Assembly (NCBI GenBank): GCA_038127595.1 | Contig: JAYPIC010000017.1 | Location: 1-29,010, forward strand | Source: a bacterium | GTDB lineage: Bacteria; Fidelibacterota; Marinisomatia; Marinisomatales; UBA1611 | Direction: 5' to 3' | DNA length: 29,010 nt | Shown here: positions 15,219-27,000 of the stretch, piece by piece | Layout of the letters: each line of letters begins with the position of its first letter | Numbering within the stretch: the first letter of the stretch is position 1 | Notes under the pieces: model-generated | The model's database searches: none | Told to the model about the DNA's origin: nothing | What the model saw: only the letters and a program-made list of their open reading frames with translations | Program-made: the position numbers and the translations under genes

Positions 15219-17557
15219 TATTTTATTTTTTCTCTTAGTCCATTTGTCCAGAGACTTTTTATTTCCTCAACTTCCATATTGATTGCATCGTTGACTACTA
15301 ATCTTTGATCTTTGCAGGTTTCTCCAATTAACTCCAAATTGATATTATGGTTATTAAAAATTTCATTGACATTTTCAGTCTTTGAATCTTCTACTTCAAT
15401 GATGAAACCACCAGTTTCTGAAAAGAGTAACTTTTCAACTGATAATGTTCCTGGTATAGTTACAGAGCATCCAATATTATTTTCAAAAGTCATTTCAGAT
15501 AATGCAACAGCAATTCCACCATCAGAAATATCATGACATGATTCAATTAGTTTATCATCAATACAATCTGTGATAGCATATATTTGATTTTTAACTTCAT
15601 TCAAATCTGGGCTCGGTACATTAGCTCCTAACTCACCAAAAAGGCGATAATATAAGCTTCCCCCAAGTTCATCCTTTCTTTTTCCTATCATAAATATTTT
15701 TGAATTAATTTTTTTAAAGGACATAGTGATTGCCCTATCCACATTATCCATTTTCCCCAAACAACTAATAATTGGGCTTGGTGGTATTGATCCTGATTTT
15801 GATTCGTTATAGAAGCTGACATTACCTGCTATTATCGGGGTAGGAGAACCTGGGTGTTCTTTTAATTTTACTCCTTTACATGCATCAGAAACCCCTTTTA
15901 CTGCTTCAACAAATTCCCACATTTGATGAGGTTTTTCTGGGTTACCAAAACAGAGACAATCTGATAAAGCATGTGGAGTAGCGCCTACAGCAGCGACATT
16001 CCTCATCGCTTCAACCGTAGCATTTATTCCACCTAGATATGGATTTATTTTGCTTTGGTTTGGATTATGATCTGTGGAAAGGGCAATTCCAACTTTTCTG
16101 ATTTCTTCTGGGTATTCATCACTGTTAAATGGGGCCATAACACCAGCATCACTCATGCCTGATTCTATTATGGTTCTTCCTTGTACTTGCTTATCATAAG
16201 ATTCAAAGACAACGGCTCTTGATGCAATATTTTCATGTGAGATCATTTTCTTAAGTATGATATTTAAATCATCAGGGGTAGAAATTTTAGGCTCTTTAAA
16301 AACATTATCTGGGTTTTTATATTCCCTGTCATATATAAATCCTTTTGTGACTTCCTCAGCGAGAGCGTCTACAATCTTTTCACCATTATTATACACTACA
16401 TAATTTTTATCATCTTTAATCTTACCTATCACGGATGCTTTTGCTCCTGAAGATACATTAGGTAGATCAAAATCTTGGTTATAGTGTTTAACTATTTTTT
16501 CTGTTAACTCTGGTGGACTGACCCACATAAACCTCTCTTGTGTTTCTGAACACAAATACACACTTGGGTGTAAATCATTCATTCCAATATGAACTTTATC
16601 TAACCATACTTCAGATCCATATCCTGATGTTTCAGCCAGTTCAACGCTTGCACAAGCTACACCGCCAGCTCCTAAATCTTTAAAGCCTACTTTTTCACAC
16701 AAGTTGTTCTTTTGTAAATATTTAAATAAAGAGTAGGTTGATTTAAGTAGGTGCCTTTCTAGAAATGCGTTTGGCTCTTGCACAGCTCCTTTGTTTTGCT
16801 CTTTTTTTTCTTCCTCTAGTTCTAACGAAGCAAAGCTTGCACCTCCAAAGCCGCTATTGTCTGTTGGCTTACCTAATAAAATCAAATCATACCCGTTTGA
16901 TTTTTTAGGAGCATAGGAGTGAATGATGTGATCTTCTCTTACTATTCCAAGGGTTACTAACGTAACGAGACAGTTATCATTATATCCGCTGTCATAATAT
17001 ATATCTCCACCAATATTAGGAATTCCTAGAGGGTTTCCGTAGCCTGCAACTCCAGCAACAACCCCATCATGTATCCACTTTGTTTTATTACTATCTATTT
17101 CGCCAAATCGAAATGAATCTGAACAGGCAATTACTTCTGCGCCCATGCACATTACATCTCTAACATTTCCACCTACTCCTGTTGCAGCGCCTTCATACGG
17201 TACGATCTGAGAAGGGTGGTTATGAGATTCGTGACTCATTACAACGCACCATCGATGTCCTTTTTTGTCTGTTGTGATTGCAACTACCCCAGCATCCTCT
17301 TTTGCGCCCAGAACAACATCCGGGCCATCTGTAATGAATTGTTTTAAGTGATTTCGACTGCTTTTGTATGAGCAGTGTTCTGATCCTTGGATAGAAAATA
17401 ACACTAACTCTGCAAGGGAAGGGGGCCTGCCAAGCATTTCATTTTGAATTTTTTTCCCTTCTTCAGGAGTAAGAGCTATATTTAATTCAGAAAGTTTACT
17501 TTTTATCTGATTATCGTCTAGCCCTGAAAGATCAATTATTTCTTTCGTAAAATCCAT
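15218..17557 (-). CDS. purL: Phosphoribosylformylglycinamidine synthase subunit PurL (small form)
   Basis: SEHCSYKSS, ESHNHPS...PYEGAATGVGG, DLGAGG, SETQER, FGNPEKP, GNVSFYNE and HDISDGG; 779 aa with no glutaminase domain. Stop overlaps purM start (TAATG). Confidence 0.96.
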   Translation of the reverse strand: MDFTKEIIDLSGLDDNQIKSKLSELNIALTPEEGKKIQNEMLGRPPSLAELVLFSIQGSEHCSYKSSRNHLKQFITDGPDVVLGAKEDAGVVAITTDKKGHRWCVVMSHESHNHPSQIVPYEGAATGVGGNVRDVMCMGAEVIACSDSFRFGEIDSNKTKWIHDGVVAGVAGYGNPLGIPNIGGDIYYDSGYNDNCLVTLVTLGIVREDHIIHSYAPKKSNGYDLILLGKPTDNSGFGGASFASLELEEEKKEQNKGAVQEPNAFLERHLLKSTYSLFKYLQKNNLCEKVGFKDLGAGGVACASVELAETSGYGSEVWLDKVHIGMNDLHPSVYLCSETQERFMWVSPPELTEKIVKHYNQDFDLPNVSSGAKASVIGKIKDDKNYVVYNNGEKIVDALAEEVTKGFIYDREYKNPDNVFKEPKISTPDDLNIILKKMISHENIASRAVVFESYDKQVQGRTIIESGMSDAGVMAPFNSDEYPEEIRKVGIALSTDHNPNQSKINPYLGGINATVEAMRNVAAVGATPHALSDCLCFGNPEKPHQMWEFVEAVKGVSDACKGVKLKEHPGSPTPIIAGNVSFYNESKSGSIPPSPIISCLGKMDNVDRAITMSFKKINSKIFMIGKRKDELGGSLYYRLFGELGANVPSPDLNEVKNQIYAITDCIDDKLIESCHDISDGGIAVALSEMTFENNIGCSVTIPGTLSVEKLLFSETGGFIIEVEDSKTENVNEIFNNHNINLELIGETCKDQRLVVNDAINMEVEEIKSLWTNGLREKIK

Positions 17558-17560
17558 TTA

Positions 17561-18853
<1,293 letters not shown>

Positions 18854-18941
18854 TTAAAGTTTATTTTATAAAAACATTGAATCTTTTGATTAAATAGCAC
18901 TGAAGATTAATCAAACTAGTCTTTCAATTAAAGGTCTATTG

Positions 18942-19142
18942 TTATTGGCTCTTAGATTTTTCTTTATATCCAGCTTTTTTTTTCGCCCAGACAAGTAATC
19001 GTTTTATTGGGGGAAAATAATCAGCCAAAATAATTAGGCCTGGGATGCCAAATAACCATCCTTGAAAAATGGGGATTAAACCGCCTATCAGACCAATGAT
19101 AACCAAAATGATTCCAAGAGCGATTCGAAGAGTATGTTTCAT
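18942..19142 (-). CDS. Small two-TM membrane protein (PGPGW/DUF454-like)
   Basis: LGIILVIIGLIGGLIPIFQGWLFGIPGLIILADYFP followed by a basic tail. Confidence 0.65.
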   Translation of the reverse strand: MKHTLRIALGIILVIIGLIGGLIPIFQGWLFGIPGLIILADYFPPIKRLLVWAKKKAGYKEKSKSQ

Positions 19143-19273
19143 ATAGTTTTAACGTATTATACTTGCTTGAAATTAATGAACATTCATTTGTAAAAATTCA
19201 ATCTCTTGATTCTTATCAAACAATTCTTTTATGCTATTGTTATATTTATGCGGATGAAAATGAACATATATTT

Positions 19274-19927
19274 ATGAAATTTAAACGATATAATTACAAG
19301 AAAAAAAATGACCAAGAAATACTTGAGCATTCTCACAATTTTATGCAGCTAATGTTAAACAGGAGGAGTATCAGAGATTTTTCATCTAAGAAAGTTTCAG
19401 ATAAAGTAATCGAAAATATTTTAAAAACTGCAATAAGCTCCCCATCTGGAGCGAATAAACAGCCTTGGAGTTTTGTGGTTGTAAAAAGTAAAGTTTTAAA
19501 AAAGAAAATTAGAATTGCAGCAGAGCAAGAAGAAAAAAAATTCTATGAGCAAAGAGCAACTGACGAATGGCTAGATGATTTAAATAAATTCGGAACATGT
19601 TGGGAAAAGCCGTTTCTTGAAGAGGCACCTGCATTGATCATCATCTTCAGACAATCTTATGACAATAGTGGGAGCAAGAAAAGAAAAAACTATTATGTTA
19701 ATGAGTCTGTTGGTATTGCATCTGGTTTTCTACTTACCGCGATTCAAAATGCTGGATTGGTTTGTTTAACCCATACCCCTAGTCCTATGGGGTTTCTCGA
19801 GCAGATATTAGAAAGGCCTAAAAATGAAAAAGCATATTTACTTATACCTATAGGTTTTCCTAAAAAAGATGCTCAGGTCCCGGTTTTAGATAAAAAACCA
19901 TATAATGAATCCGTGGAAGTGTTTTGA
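19274..19927 (+). CDS. Nitroreductase-superfamily protein, iodotyrosine deiodinase (IYD)-like
   Basis: ATG 19274 preferred over TTG 19163. RRSIRDFS, SPSGANKQPW, IRIAAEQEEKKFY, W..DL..FGT.WEKPFLEEAP, YYVNESVGIA and LTHTPSPM. Confidence 0.85.
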   Translation: MKFKRYNYKKKNDQEILEHSHNFMQLMLNRRSIRDFSSKKVSDKVIENILKTAISSPSGANKQPWSFVVVKSKVLKKKIRIAAEQEEKKFYEQRATDEWLDDLNKFGTCWEKPFLEEAPALIIIFRQSYDNSGSKKRKNYYVNESVGIASGFLLTAIQNAGLVCLTHTPSPMGFLEQILERPKNEKAYLLIPIGFPKKDAQVPVLDKKPYNESVEVF

Positions 19928-19928
19928 G

Positions 19929-20414
19929 ATGATAAAAATATTTGTAACTGGAGGGACTTTTGACAAAGACTATGATGAAAAAAATGGAAGGCTTTACTTC
20001 AAAAAAACTCATATGAATGAGATTTTAGCATTAGGTAGATCTAAGGTCGAGGTAAATATTGAGACGCTTATGATGCTTGATAGCTTAGATATAAAAAAAA
20101 AAGATAGAGAACTAATCGTCAAAAAATGTACTGCCGCTATTGAGCATCATATTGTAATTACTCATGGCACAGATACAATGGTCGACACAGCAAGAGCTAT
20201 TGGTGACAAACACCTTGAAAAAACAATTGTATTAACAGGTGCAATGATACCATATAAGTTTGGCACCTCAGATGGTCTATTTAACATTGCTAGCGCTCTA
20301 GCTTATGTTCAGACACTGCCGCATGGTGTGTACATTGCGATGAATGGTAGGGTGTTTTTACATAACAAAGTAATAAAAAATAGAGCAACAGGAATTTTTG
20401 AGGAAATAAAATGA
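19929..20414 (+). CDS. Short-chain L-asparaginase-like protein (catalytic N-domain only)
   Basis: ATG 19929 sits 1 nt after the upstream stop. TGGTFDK, DSL, ITHGTDTM, IVLTGAMIP and GVYIAMNG. Confidence 0.85.
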   Translation: MIKIFVTGGTFDKDYDEKNGRLYFKKTHMNEILALGRSKVEVNIETLMMLDSLDIKKKDRELIVKKCTAAIEHHIVITHGTDTMVDTARAIGDKHLEKTIVLTGAMIPYKFGTSDGLFNIASALAYVQTLPHGVYIAMNGRVFLHNKVIKNRATGIFEEIK

Positions 20415-20767
20415 ATGATGTAACAATTTATCACAATCCAAGATGTAGTAAGAGTAGGCAAACTCTACAAATAATTAAAGATCACGGAATACAGCCTGTG
20501 GTGGTGGAGTATTTAAAAGTACCTTTAAAGAAATCTGAACTAGATAATATTTCAAGACTGCTAAATAAAAGACCTAAAGATTTTGTAAGAAAAAATGAGG
20601 CTGATTTCAAAGAAAATAATATCAAAAATATTATTGAAAACGATGCTGGGCTAATTAATGAAATGGTCAAATACCCTAAAATTATAGAAAGGCCGATTGT
20701 GCTTTACAAGGATAAAGCTGTAATAGGTAGGCCACCAGAGAATGTATTAGAACTGTTAAATCCTTAA
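20411..20767 (+). CDS. arsC: ArsC family (glutaredoxin-type arsenate reductase) protein
   Basis: IYHNPRCSKSR, EYLK, IIERPIV and IGRPPENV; ATGA overlap with the upstream gene. Confidence 0.88.
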   Translation: MNDVTIYHNPRCSKSRQTLQIIKDHGIQPVVVEYLKVPLKKSELDNISRLLNKRPKDFVRKNEADFKENNIKNIIENDAGLINEMVKYPKIIERPIVLYKDKAVIGRPPENVLELLNP

Positions 20768-20826
20768 ATTTTTTATGCATATATATATAATGTGTAAAAT
20801 GAGTCAAAAAAAATATAAAATTAAAC

Positions 20827-20856
20827 TTGACACACATCGTTTCCAGCGGTTAGGTT
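20827..20856 (+). promoter_or_regulatory. Probable sigma70 promoter of the TBDR operon
   Basis: TTGACA (20827-20832), 18-nt spacer, TAGGTT (20851-20856), preceded by an A-rich UP-like tract. Confidence 0.5.
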
Positions 20857-20867
20857 TATTATACACG

Positions 20868-20961
20868 TTCTTGGGGTGATGCGGGTAGGACTTTGCTATC
20901 TATCCGTCCAAAGGAGGAAAAAATAAACTATTTTGTTGTTTTTTCACTCGGCACACAAGAA
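20868..20961 (+). ncRNA. Candidate structured 5' leader (three-way junction) upstream of the TBDR
   Basis: By-eye pairing: TTCTTG/CAAGAA plus GTG/CAC closing stem; GCGGGTAGG/TCTATCCGT hairpin; GAGGAAAAAATAA/TTGTTTTTTCACTC hairpin. Confidence 0.35.
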
Positions 20962-21001
20962 TTATGAAAAAATTTGATTAATGTAAACTGGAGGCAGAAA
21001 A

Positions 21002-23989
21002 ATGGGAAAAATCTCAAAATTAGTCGCTCTCACTTTGTTAATGTCATTTGCGTTATCGCAAACGACAGGTAAAATAAGGGGAACAGTAACCTCAGCAGAT
21101 GGGCAACCACTTGCTGGTGCTAACGTCATTGTTGATGGTACAACAAAAGGTGCCGCTACTGACGGTGAAGGTAATTATACAATATTAAATGTTGAAGCTG
21201 GTTCGTATAGCGTTACTGCATCATACATTGGATATCAAAGCAGTACAGAATCTAATGTATCAGTTAAGGTTGACCTTACTACTCCGCTGAGTTTTGCAAT
21301 GCAGACATCAGCTGTTGAAGGTGAAGCTGTTACAATTGTTGGTGAGAAAAGACTCATTGAGAAAAGTGCTACAAACTCTGTTAGATCTGTAAGTTCTGAA
21401 GAAATTCAAAACTCTGCTTCAAGAAGTGTTTCTGGCATGCTTGATATGCAGGCTGGTGTTAATATTACAAACGGTAGACTCTCTATTCGTGGTAGTAGAG
21501 CAGAAGAGGTTGCTTACACTCTTGATGGAGCATCAATTACTGACGTGGTAAATACTGGTAGAGATGTATCTGCTATTCCTGAAGCTCTTGCAGAGATTTC
21601 TGTTGAGTCTGGAGGATTCGGTGCTCATATTGGTGGTGCTAACTCAGGTGTTGTTAGACAGACATTAAGAACTGGTGGTAACGAAGTGGCGGGGACTGTT
21701 CGTTTTGAAACTGGTGATTATGGCCATACTGATCTAACTGCAACAGTAGGAGTTCCTATTGGAGATAAGGTTAAAACTTTTATTGCGCTTCGCAGTAATC
21801 ATGTTGATGATTGGAATCCAACATACTACACAGATTTTAAAATTAATGATGGTCAGCCTCTAGAAAGTACAGTCTCTGGTAGCACTCCTGATGGTGAAAC
21901 AGTAGTGGTTGATTTTAAATCAGGCGGTAAAGATGGCGTTGCTCATAGAGCTCAAGATATTTTACAAATCAATGCTACTGGAACAGTCGATCTAGGGCCA
22001 TTAAACTTGCGTCTATCCGCAGTAGTTGATAACAATACTTATGAAAGTAATAGTCTACCAATATACTATATGCACAATACAGAGAGGCTACCTAAGACAG
22101 AAAGAAAACTTTCTATGTATAACGCTAGGGCAAACTACTTTTTAAATCCAAATATGCTTTTATCCGCAGGGTTAAGCACATTTAAGCGCACATATGAAAA
22201 ATATGATGATGCTATGGGTAAGCCAGATGGATTTGGAGATCTACTTGGTTGGTATGATTCAACTTCAGTTGCTGCAGCTGGTGTAGATGCTTCTTGGTGG
22301 GCAGGTGGAAACACTAATTTTTCTGTACCAGGAGCTACATACATTTCCCCAGCACCTTATTACGTAGCTAACACATTTGCTTTTTCCAGACCAGGTGATA
22401 TTGCTACTGACTATGATAAGAATGAGCGTTCTTCTTTCGGTTTTGATGCTGGGTTAACCTGGCAAAGAGGTGATCATGAAATCCGCGCAGGGTTTGATTA
22501 TAAGAAATATACTTACCGTGTTTATGAATTAAGTACAACTGCAATGTACAATATCAATAAAGCGATTGCTGATGGTGATTACACGAGAGAAGAGGCTGTT
22601 AGCGGTGATAATGCTCAAGTAACATCTGATCTATCACTATATAATAGAGATGGTCAGATAGGCTATGATGATTATGGTAATGAGATTAATGATGGTTTTG
22701 ATGGTCCTCGTGAGCCAACAGTAACATCTTTCTATGTTAATGACAAATACGAAGCTGGAGATTTAGTATTAAGTGCAGGTGTTCGTATTGATAATTTTAT
22801 GATGGACGATTTTAAAATGAAAGATCCTGCTAATCCAGGTTGGGATCAATCAAATCAAGGTATAATAGCAGATGAGTTCGAAGAGTCTGAAACAAAAAGT
22901 GTGCTTCAACCACGTCTTGGTCTTGCTTTCCCTGTTTCTGATCAAATGGTCTTTCATTTACAGTATGGTAAATTCGCTCAAATGCCAGAACTTGATCTGC
23001 CATATGCATCTACTCGCTATATGCATTTAGTTTGGGGTGGTCAGAACTATACTCCTGATCCAATGGGTTTTGACCTTGATCCAATTGAGACTACTCAATA
23101 TGAAGTAGGTATGAGTTATCAGTTCTTGCCTTCTGCTGCGATTGACGTAACAGCCTTTGCTAAAAATACTACTGGTCAGGTGGTTGTTGGTAAAAATGAG
23201 GCAGTTGACATTTCAAACACATATGGTGTAGCTCAAGATGCTTTCTATTACAAGAATGGTGATTTTACTACGGTGAATGGTTTTGAGTTCACTCTTAGAA
23301 CTCGTAGAGTTAGCAGATTACAAACATTTGCTTCTTACACATGGTCAGATGCGAGAGGAATTAATTCAGATCCTAACACAGGAGCTGGTAATATTGCTCA
23401 GGATCTGTTGAGCCCACCGCCATTAATGATTTCACCACTTTATTATCATAATAAGCATCGTGGCGCGATAGCATTAGATTATCGTTATGGTTCGGATGAT
23501 GGCCTACTAAGTGGTCTTGGTTTTAATTTTGAATATAAATTCAACAGTGGTCATCCGTATACATTGAGCGATGGTGGCATGGGTCAGCGTGCAGCTGATG
23601 AAGGAGCAATTCTTGCAGATGCTCGTTCTCGTGAACCACAAGAGTCAATTGGCGGATCTACTACTCCATGGCAGTACTACGCTAATTTGAAAGTTGATTA
23701 CAAGTTATCACTAGGTGGAGTCGGCGTTACTCTTTTCGCCTATATAGATAATCTGTTTGATACAAAAAATGTTATCAATGTTTACTCAAGATCAGGTAAT
23801 GCTTATGATGATGGATTTTTAACAGATCCAGCATTAAGCTCTGAGATAGTAGCAGCGAATGGTCAGACTTATGTTGATCTTTATCGCAACGTTAATCTAG
23901 AAAATAGGCAGCATTATATGAACGATTTTGGATTAGATGTTTTTGCTACTCCACAAATTGTGAAAATGGGTGTTTCCGTTAATTTCTAA
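21002..23989 (+). CDS. TonB-dependent outer membrane receptor with N-terminal carboxypeptidase-regulatory-like domain
   Basis: Signal peptide; GKIRGTV..ADGQPLAGANV..DGT.KGAATDGEGNYTI; plug IRGSRAEEVAYTLDG; barrel LSAGVRID, QPRLGLAFP and NLFD; C-terminal Phe (GVSVNF); GGAGG RBS. Confidence 0.93.
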   Translation: MGKISKLVALTLLMSFALSQTTGKIRGTVTSADGQPLAGANVIVDGTTKGAATDGEGNYTILNVEAGSYSVTASYIGYQSSTESNVSVKVDLTTPLSFAMQTSAVEGEAVTIVGEKRLIEKSATNSVRSVSSEEIQNSASRSVSGMLDMQAGVNITNGRLSIRGSRAEEVAYTLDGASITDVVNTGRDVSAIPEALAEISVESGGFGAHIGGANSGVVRQTLRTGGNEVAGTVRFETGDYGHTDLTATVGVPIGDKVKTFIALRSNHVDDWNPTYYTDFKINDGQPLESTVSGSTPDGETVVVDFKSGGKDGVAHRAQDILQINATGTVDLGPLNLRLSAVVDNNTYESNSLPIYYMHNTERLPKTERKLSMYNARANYFLNPNMLLSAGLSTFKRTYEKYDDAMGKPDGFGDLLGWYDSTSVAAAGVDASWWAGGNTNFSVPGATYISPAPYYVANTFAFSRPGDIATDYDKNERSSFGFDAGLTWQRGDHEIRAGFDYKKYTYRVYELSTTAMYNINKAIADGDYTREEAVSGDNAQVTSDLSLYNRDGQIGYDDYGNEINDGFDGPREPTVTSFYVNDKYEAGDLVLSAGVRIDNFMMDDFKMKDPANPGWDQSNQGIIADEFEESETKSVLQPRLGLAFPVSDQMVFHLQYGKFAQMPELDLPYASTRYMHLVWGGQNYTPDPMGFDLDPIETTQYEVGMSYQFLPSAAIDVTAFAKNTTGQVVVGKNEAVDISNTYGVAQDAFYYKNGDFTTVNGFEFTLRTRRVSRLQTFASYTWSDARGINSDPNTGAGNIAQDLLSPPPLMISPLYYHNKHRGAIALDYRYGSDDGLLSGLGFNFEYKFNSGHPYTLSDGGMGQRAADEGAILADARSREPQESIGGSTTPWQYYANLKVDYKLSLGGVGVTLFAYIDNLFDTKNVINVYSRSGNAYDDGFLTDPALSSEIVAANGQTYVDLYRNVNLENRQHYMNDFGLDVFATPQIVKMGVSVNF

Positions 23990-24043
23990 TTCTGATCATT
24001 TAATAGAATGATAACAAAAAATAAAAAAGAGGGTATAAAAACC

Positions 24044-27000
24044 ATGAAAATAAAGAATATTAAATTAATAGCAGCTGCGAGTATCATTCTTGTTTCTAGC
24101 TTGTTCTCAAAGGAACTAGCATCAACAAGTGTAAGCTCAAAAGCTACGCAAAGAGTGCTCAATGGTGAAAATCAATCACCTGGCATATCTGTACTTAACA
24201 TTAACAATATAGCATACTGGATTGGAAAAGATGGTGCATATACAACTGCGGGTAGTCCTAATGGTACTATGGCAGATTATCCTATCTTCACAGGAGGATT
24301 CATTTATTCTGATGGTATGTTATGGGGTGCTAAAGTTAAAGGAGATGGGCAAGGTGATGAAGTAAGAGTAGGTGGATCAACATATTATCATGGTTTAAAG
24401 GCAGGTAGAATAATAACAGATGCTGAAGGTAATGTGCTTGGTTCAGATGACCCAGTTAATAACCACGTATGGAGAGTTAGAAAAGACTGGGCAACTGCAG
24501 ACTTAACAGTTGATGCAGCAAATTATTATGCAGTTGGAACTGGTGATGTTTCAGCGGCTCAAATCTCAGTTGTTAAAAACCAATATGAATATGATTGGTA
24601 TAACTGGCCTGCAGCATGGGGTGCTCCTTACCATGATGTAAATGGTGATGGTAGTTATGATCCTGCTGTTGATGTCCCTGGATATCCTGGTGCTGATCAA
24701 ACAATGTGGACTATTGCTAATGATGTTCCACTTATTGTAGATGCTGCGGGAGATAGTATTGGTTATAGTAACACTGCTCCAAGTTTATATGGTGCAGATC
24801 CAATTGGTATTGAACTTCAAATTACTTTGTGGGGTTATGCTTTTGGTGCTAGTGACCCATTAGGTAATAATATTTTCAAGCAGGCAAAAATGAAGTATAT
24901 GGGTCTTCCAGGTACTCCTGATGGAGCGATGCTTGACTCCCTTTATTTTACGCAGTGGTCAGATCCTGACTTGGGTACATATACGGATGATTATGTAGGT
25001 TGCGATATCGATCTCTCTTTTGGATATGTATATAATGGTAATAGGTTAGATGGTGTTTTTAATGGAATTTTTAATTTACCTGTTCCAGCTGGTGGTTATG
25101 ATTTCTTGCAAGGTCCTCCAGATAACATGGATATAGATGGTGATGGTGATACAGAAGAATACCTAGGTATGACCTCATTTACATACTTCGGAGCTGGTTC
25201 TGCTATCTCTGATCCGGATCTATCATCTTACTCTGGTTCATTGCAGTTTTTTAATTTAATGGAAGGGTTTTTACCAAGACCCGAATATCCACAACAAATT
25301 CCTTTTACAGATCCTTCAACAGGTCTAGAAACAAAGTATGCTCTATCTGGTGATCCAACAAGTGGTTCAGGATGGATTGATGGTGTTCAGCTTCCACCTG
25401 GTGATAGAAGAATGGTTATGGCAAGTGGTCCATTTAGATTGAACTTAGGCGAGGAAGCAGATGTTGTATTTGGAATTGCTGGAGGAATGGGATTAGATAA
25501 TGTCTCTTCTGTTTCTGTAGCAAAATTCCATGATCTTTATGGTCAATATGCTTATGATCAAGAGTTTAATCTACCAAGTGCTCCATCTTCTCCAACAGTT
25601 CATGGAATTGAAATGGATGGATCAATTGGTCTTGATTGGGGCTCTGATGAGAACTCGGTTTCGGCAACAGAAGAAACTGTTAGCGCTGGGTTTGAATTTG
25701 AAGGTTATGTTGTTTATCAGCTACCATCTGCAAGCTCGCCATTGAGTGAGGCAGTTAAGGTTGCTACTTATGATAAAGTGAACTTAATCCAAAATATATT
25801 AGACCCATCTATTGATCCAATAACTGGTTTAGTTGTAGATGCAGCTAAGCAAACGGGTACAGATGCTGGCGTACAACGTTATTTTTCAACTGATTATGAT
25901 GAAGTAAGAGGGCGTCCAATGTCGAATGGTATTACTTACCATTTTGCTGTAACTGCTTACAGTTATTTAGCAGATAATGAAGGCAGTCCTTTTAAAACAT
26001 TAGAATCTGGAGAAACAAGAATTGCTGTTACTCCTAGATCTTTAAATCCTGGAGAAACAGTTCATAGTGAAATGAGCTCAGCAATCGACATTACTCATAA
26101 TGGAACTGCTAATGCCACAATCAATGTTAGTGTTATTAATCCTTATGAGTTAAAAGATGAGAGCTATAAAGTTACTTTTGATACTCAAGAGTATTATAGA
26201 GATCTTGATGGTACATGGAAAAAAGTTGTAGCTGGAAGAGCTGCTGGTAAAGCCTCAGATTGTACTGGTTCAACAGTAGCAGCTGCAGCAGTTGCTAGTG
26301 CTACCGTTGGAACTATTGATCTTGTATTAACTTTTACTATGAATTGTGGTAGTAACTGGGTTGATGGAATTGATTTTACATTCCCTGCAGATATGGGAAC
26401 AATAAATAGCTGGGAGGTAATTGGCCCAGGGAATTTATGTTCATATGGAACTGGTTCTGGTCAAAATTGTAATAATCTAGATGGTACTTTAGATGGTAAT
26501 ACTTTGCTGTTCGGTACTGTTAATACAGGTGGAGGTTTTGGTGCTTTTGAAAGTAGTAACACTTTTAAAATTAATTACACACCAGGTTCTGGCGGATACC
26601 CATATGATGTTGGCTTTACTGTTTATGATGATGCTTATGATGGCACGGAGGTAAATGCTGTAGGTACCGCAACAGTTGCAGAGCTGGGTTATGAAACAAA
26701 AACAGAGTATCATTGGAACCTTTCTACCGCAGGTGGTACAGTTCTGCTAGAAGACCAAACTTTCATTGGTGGAGCAGATTTATATGGAGGAGCTAGTGTT
26801 GATAATAATTCTAGCCTACACTATAATTCTGCAGCTGCAGTTACTGTTGATGGATTTCACTTAAATGTAGATGGTGGATATGATTCTCCTGTTGATTATT
26901 TTGAATCTGTTATAACTCCTGACGCTGCTAATGCAGCACTTTACGGAGAGTCTAGCTATGATTTAGGTTCCTATATCAGATATGGTTGGGCGTTAACATC

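Noticed and set aside
13418..15536. Plus-strand ORFs 13418-13909, 14527-14892 and 15312-15536
   Set aside because: Antisense to OPT, purM and purL.
19163..19273. N-terminal extension of the nitroreductase from TTG 19163
   Set aside because: AT-rich, promoter-like region between divergent genes; family similarity starts near ATG 19274.
20860..21000. Cobalamin or TPP riboswitch upstream of the TBDR
   Set aside because: No recognisable B12-box/GGGAA or CTGAGA consensus; kept only as an unclassified structured-leader candidate.
20482..26713. Short ORFs 20482-20670, 22135-22344, 25530-25745 and 26489-26713
   Set aside because: Antisense or out-of-frame overlaps of well-supported genes.
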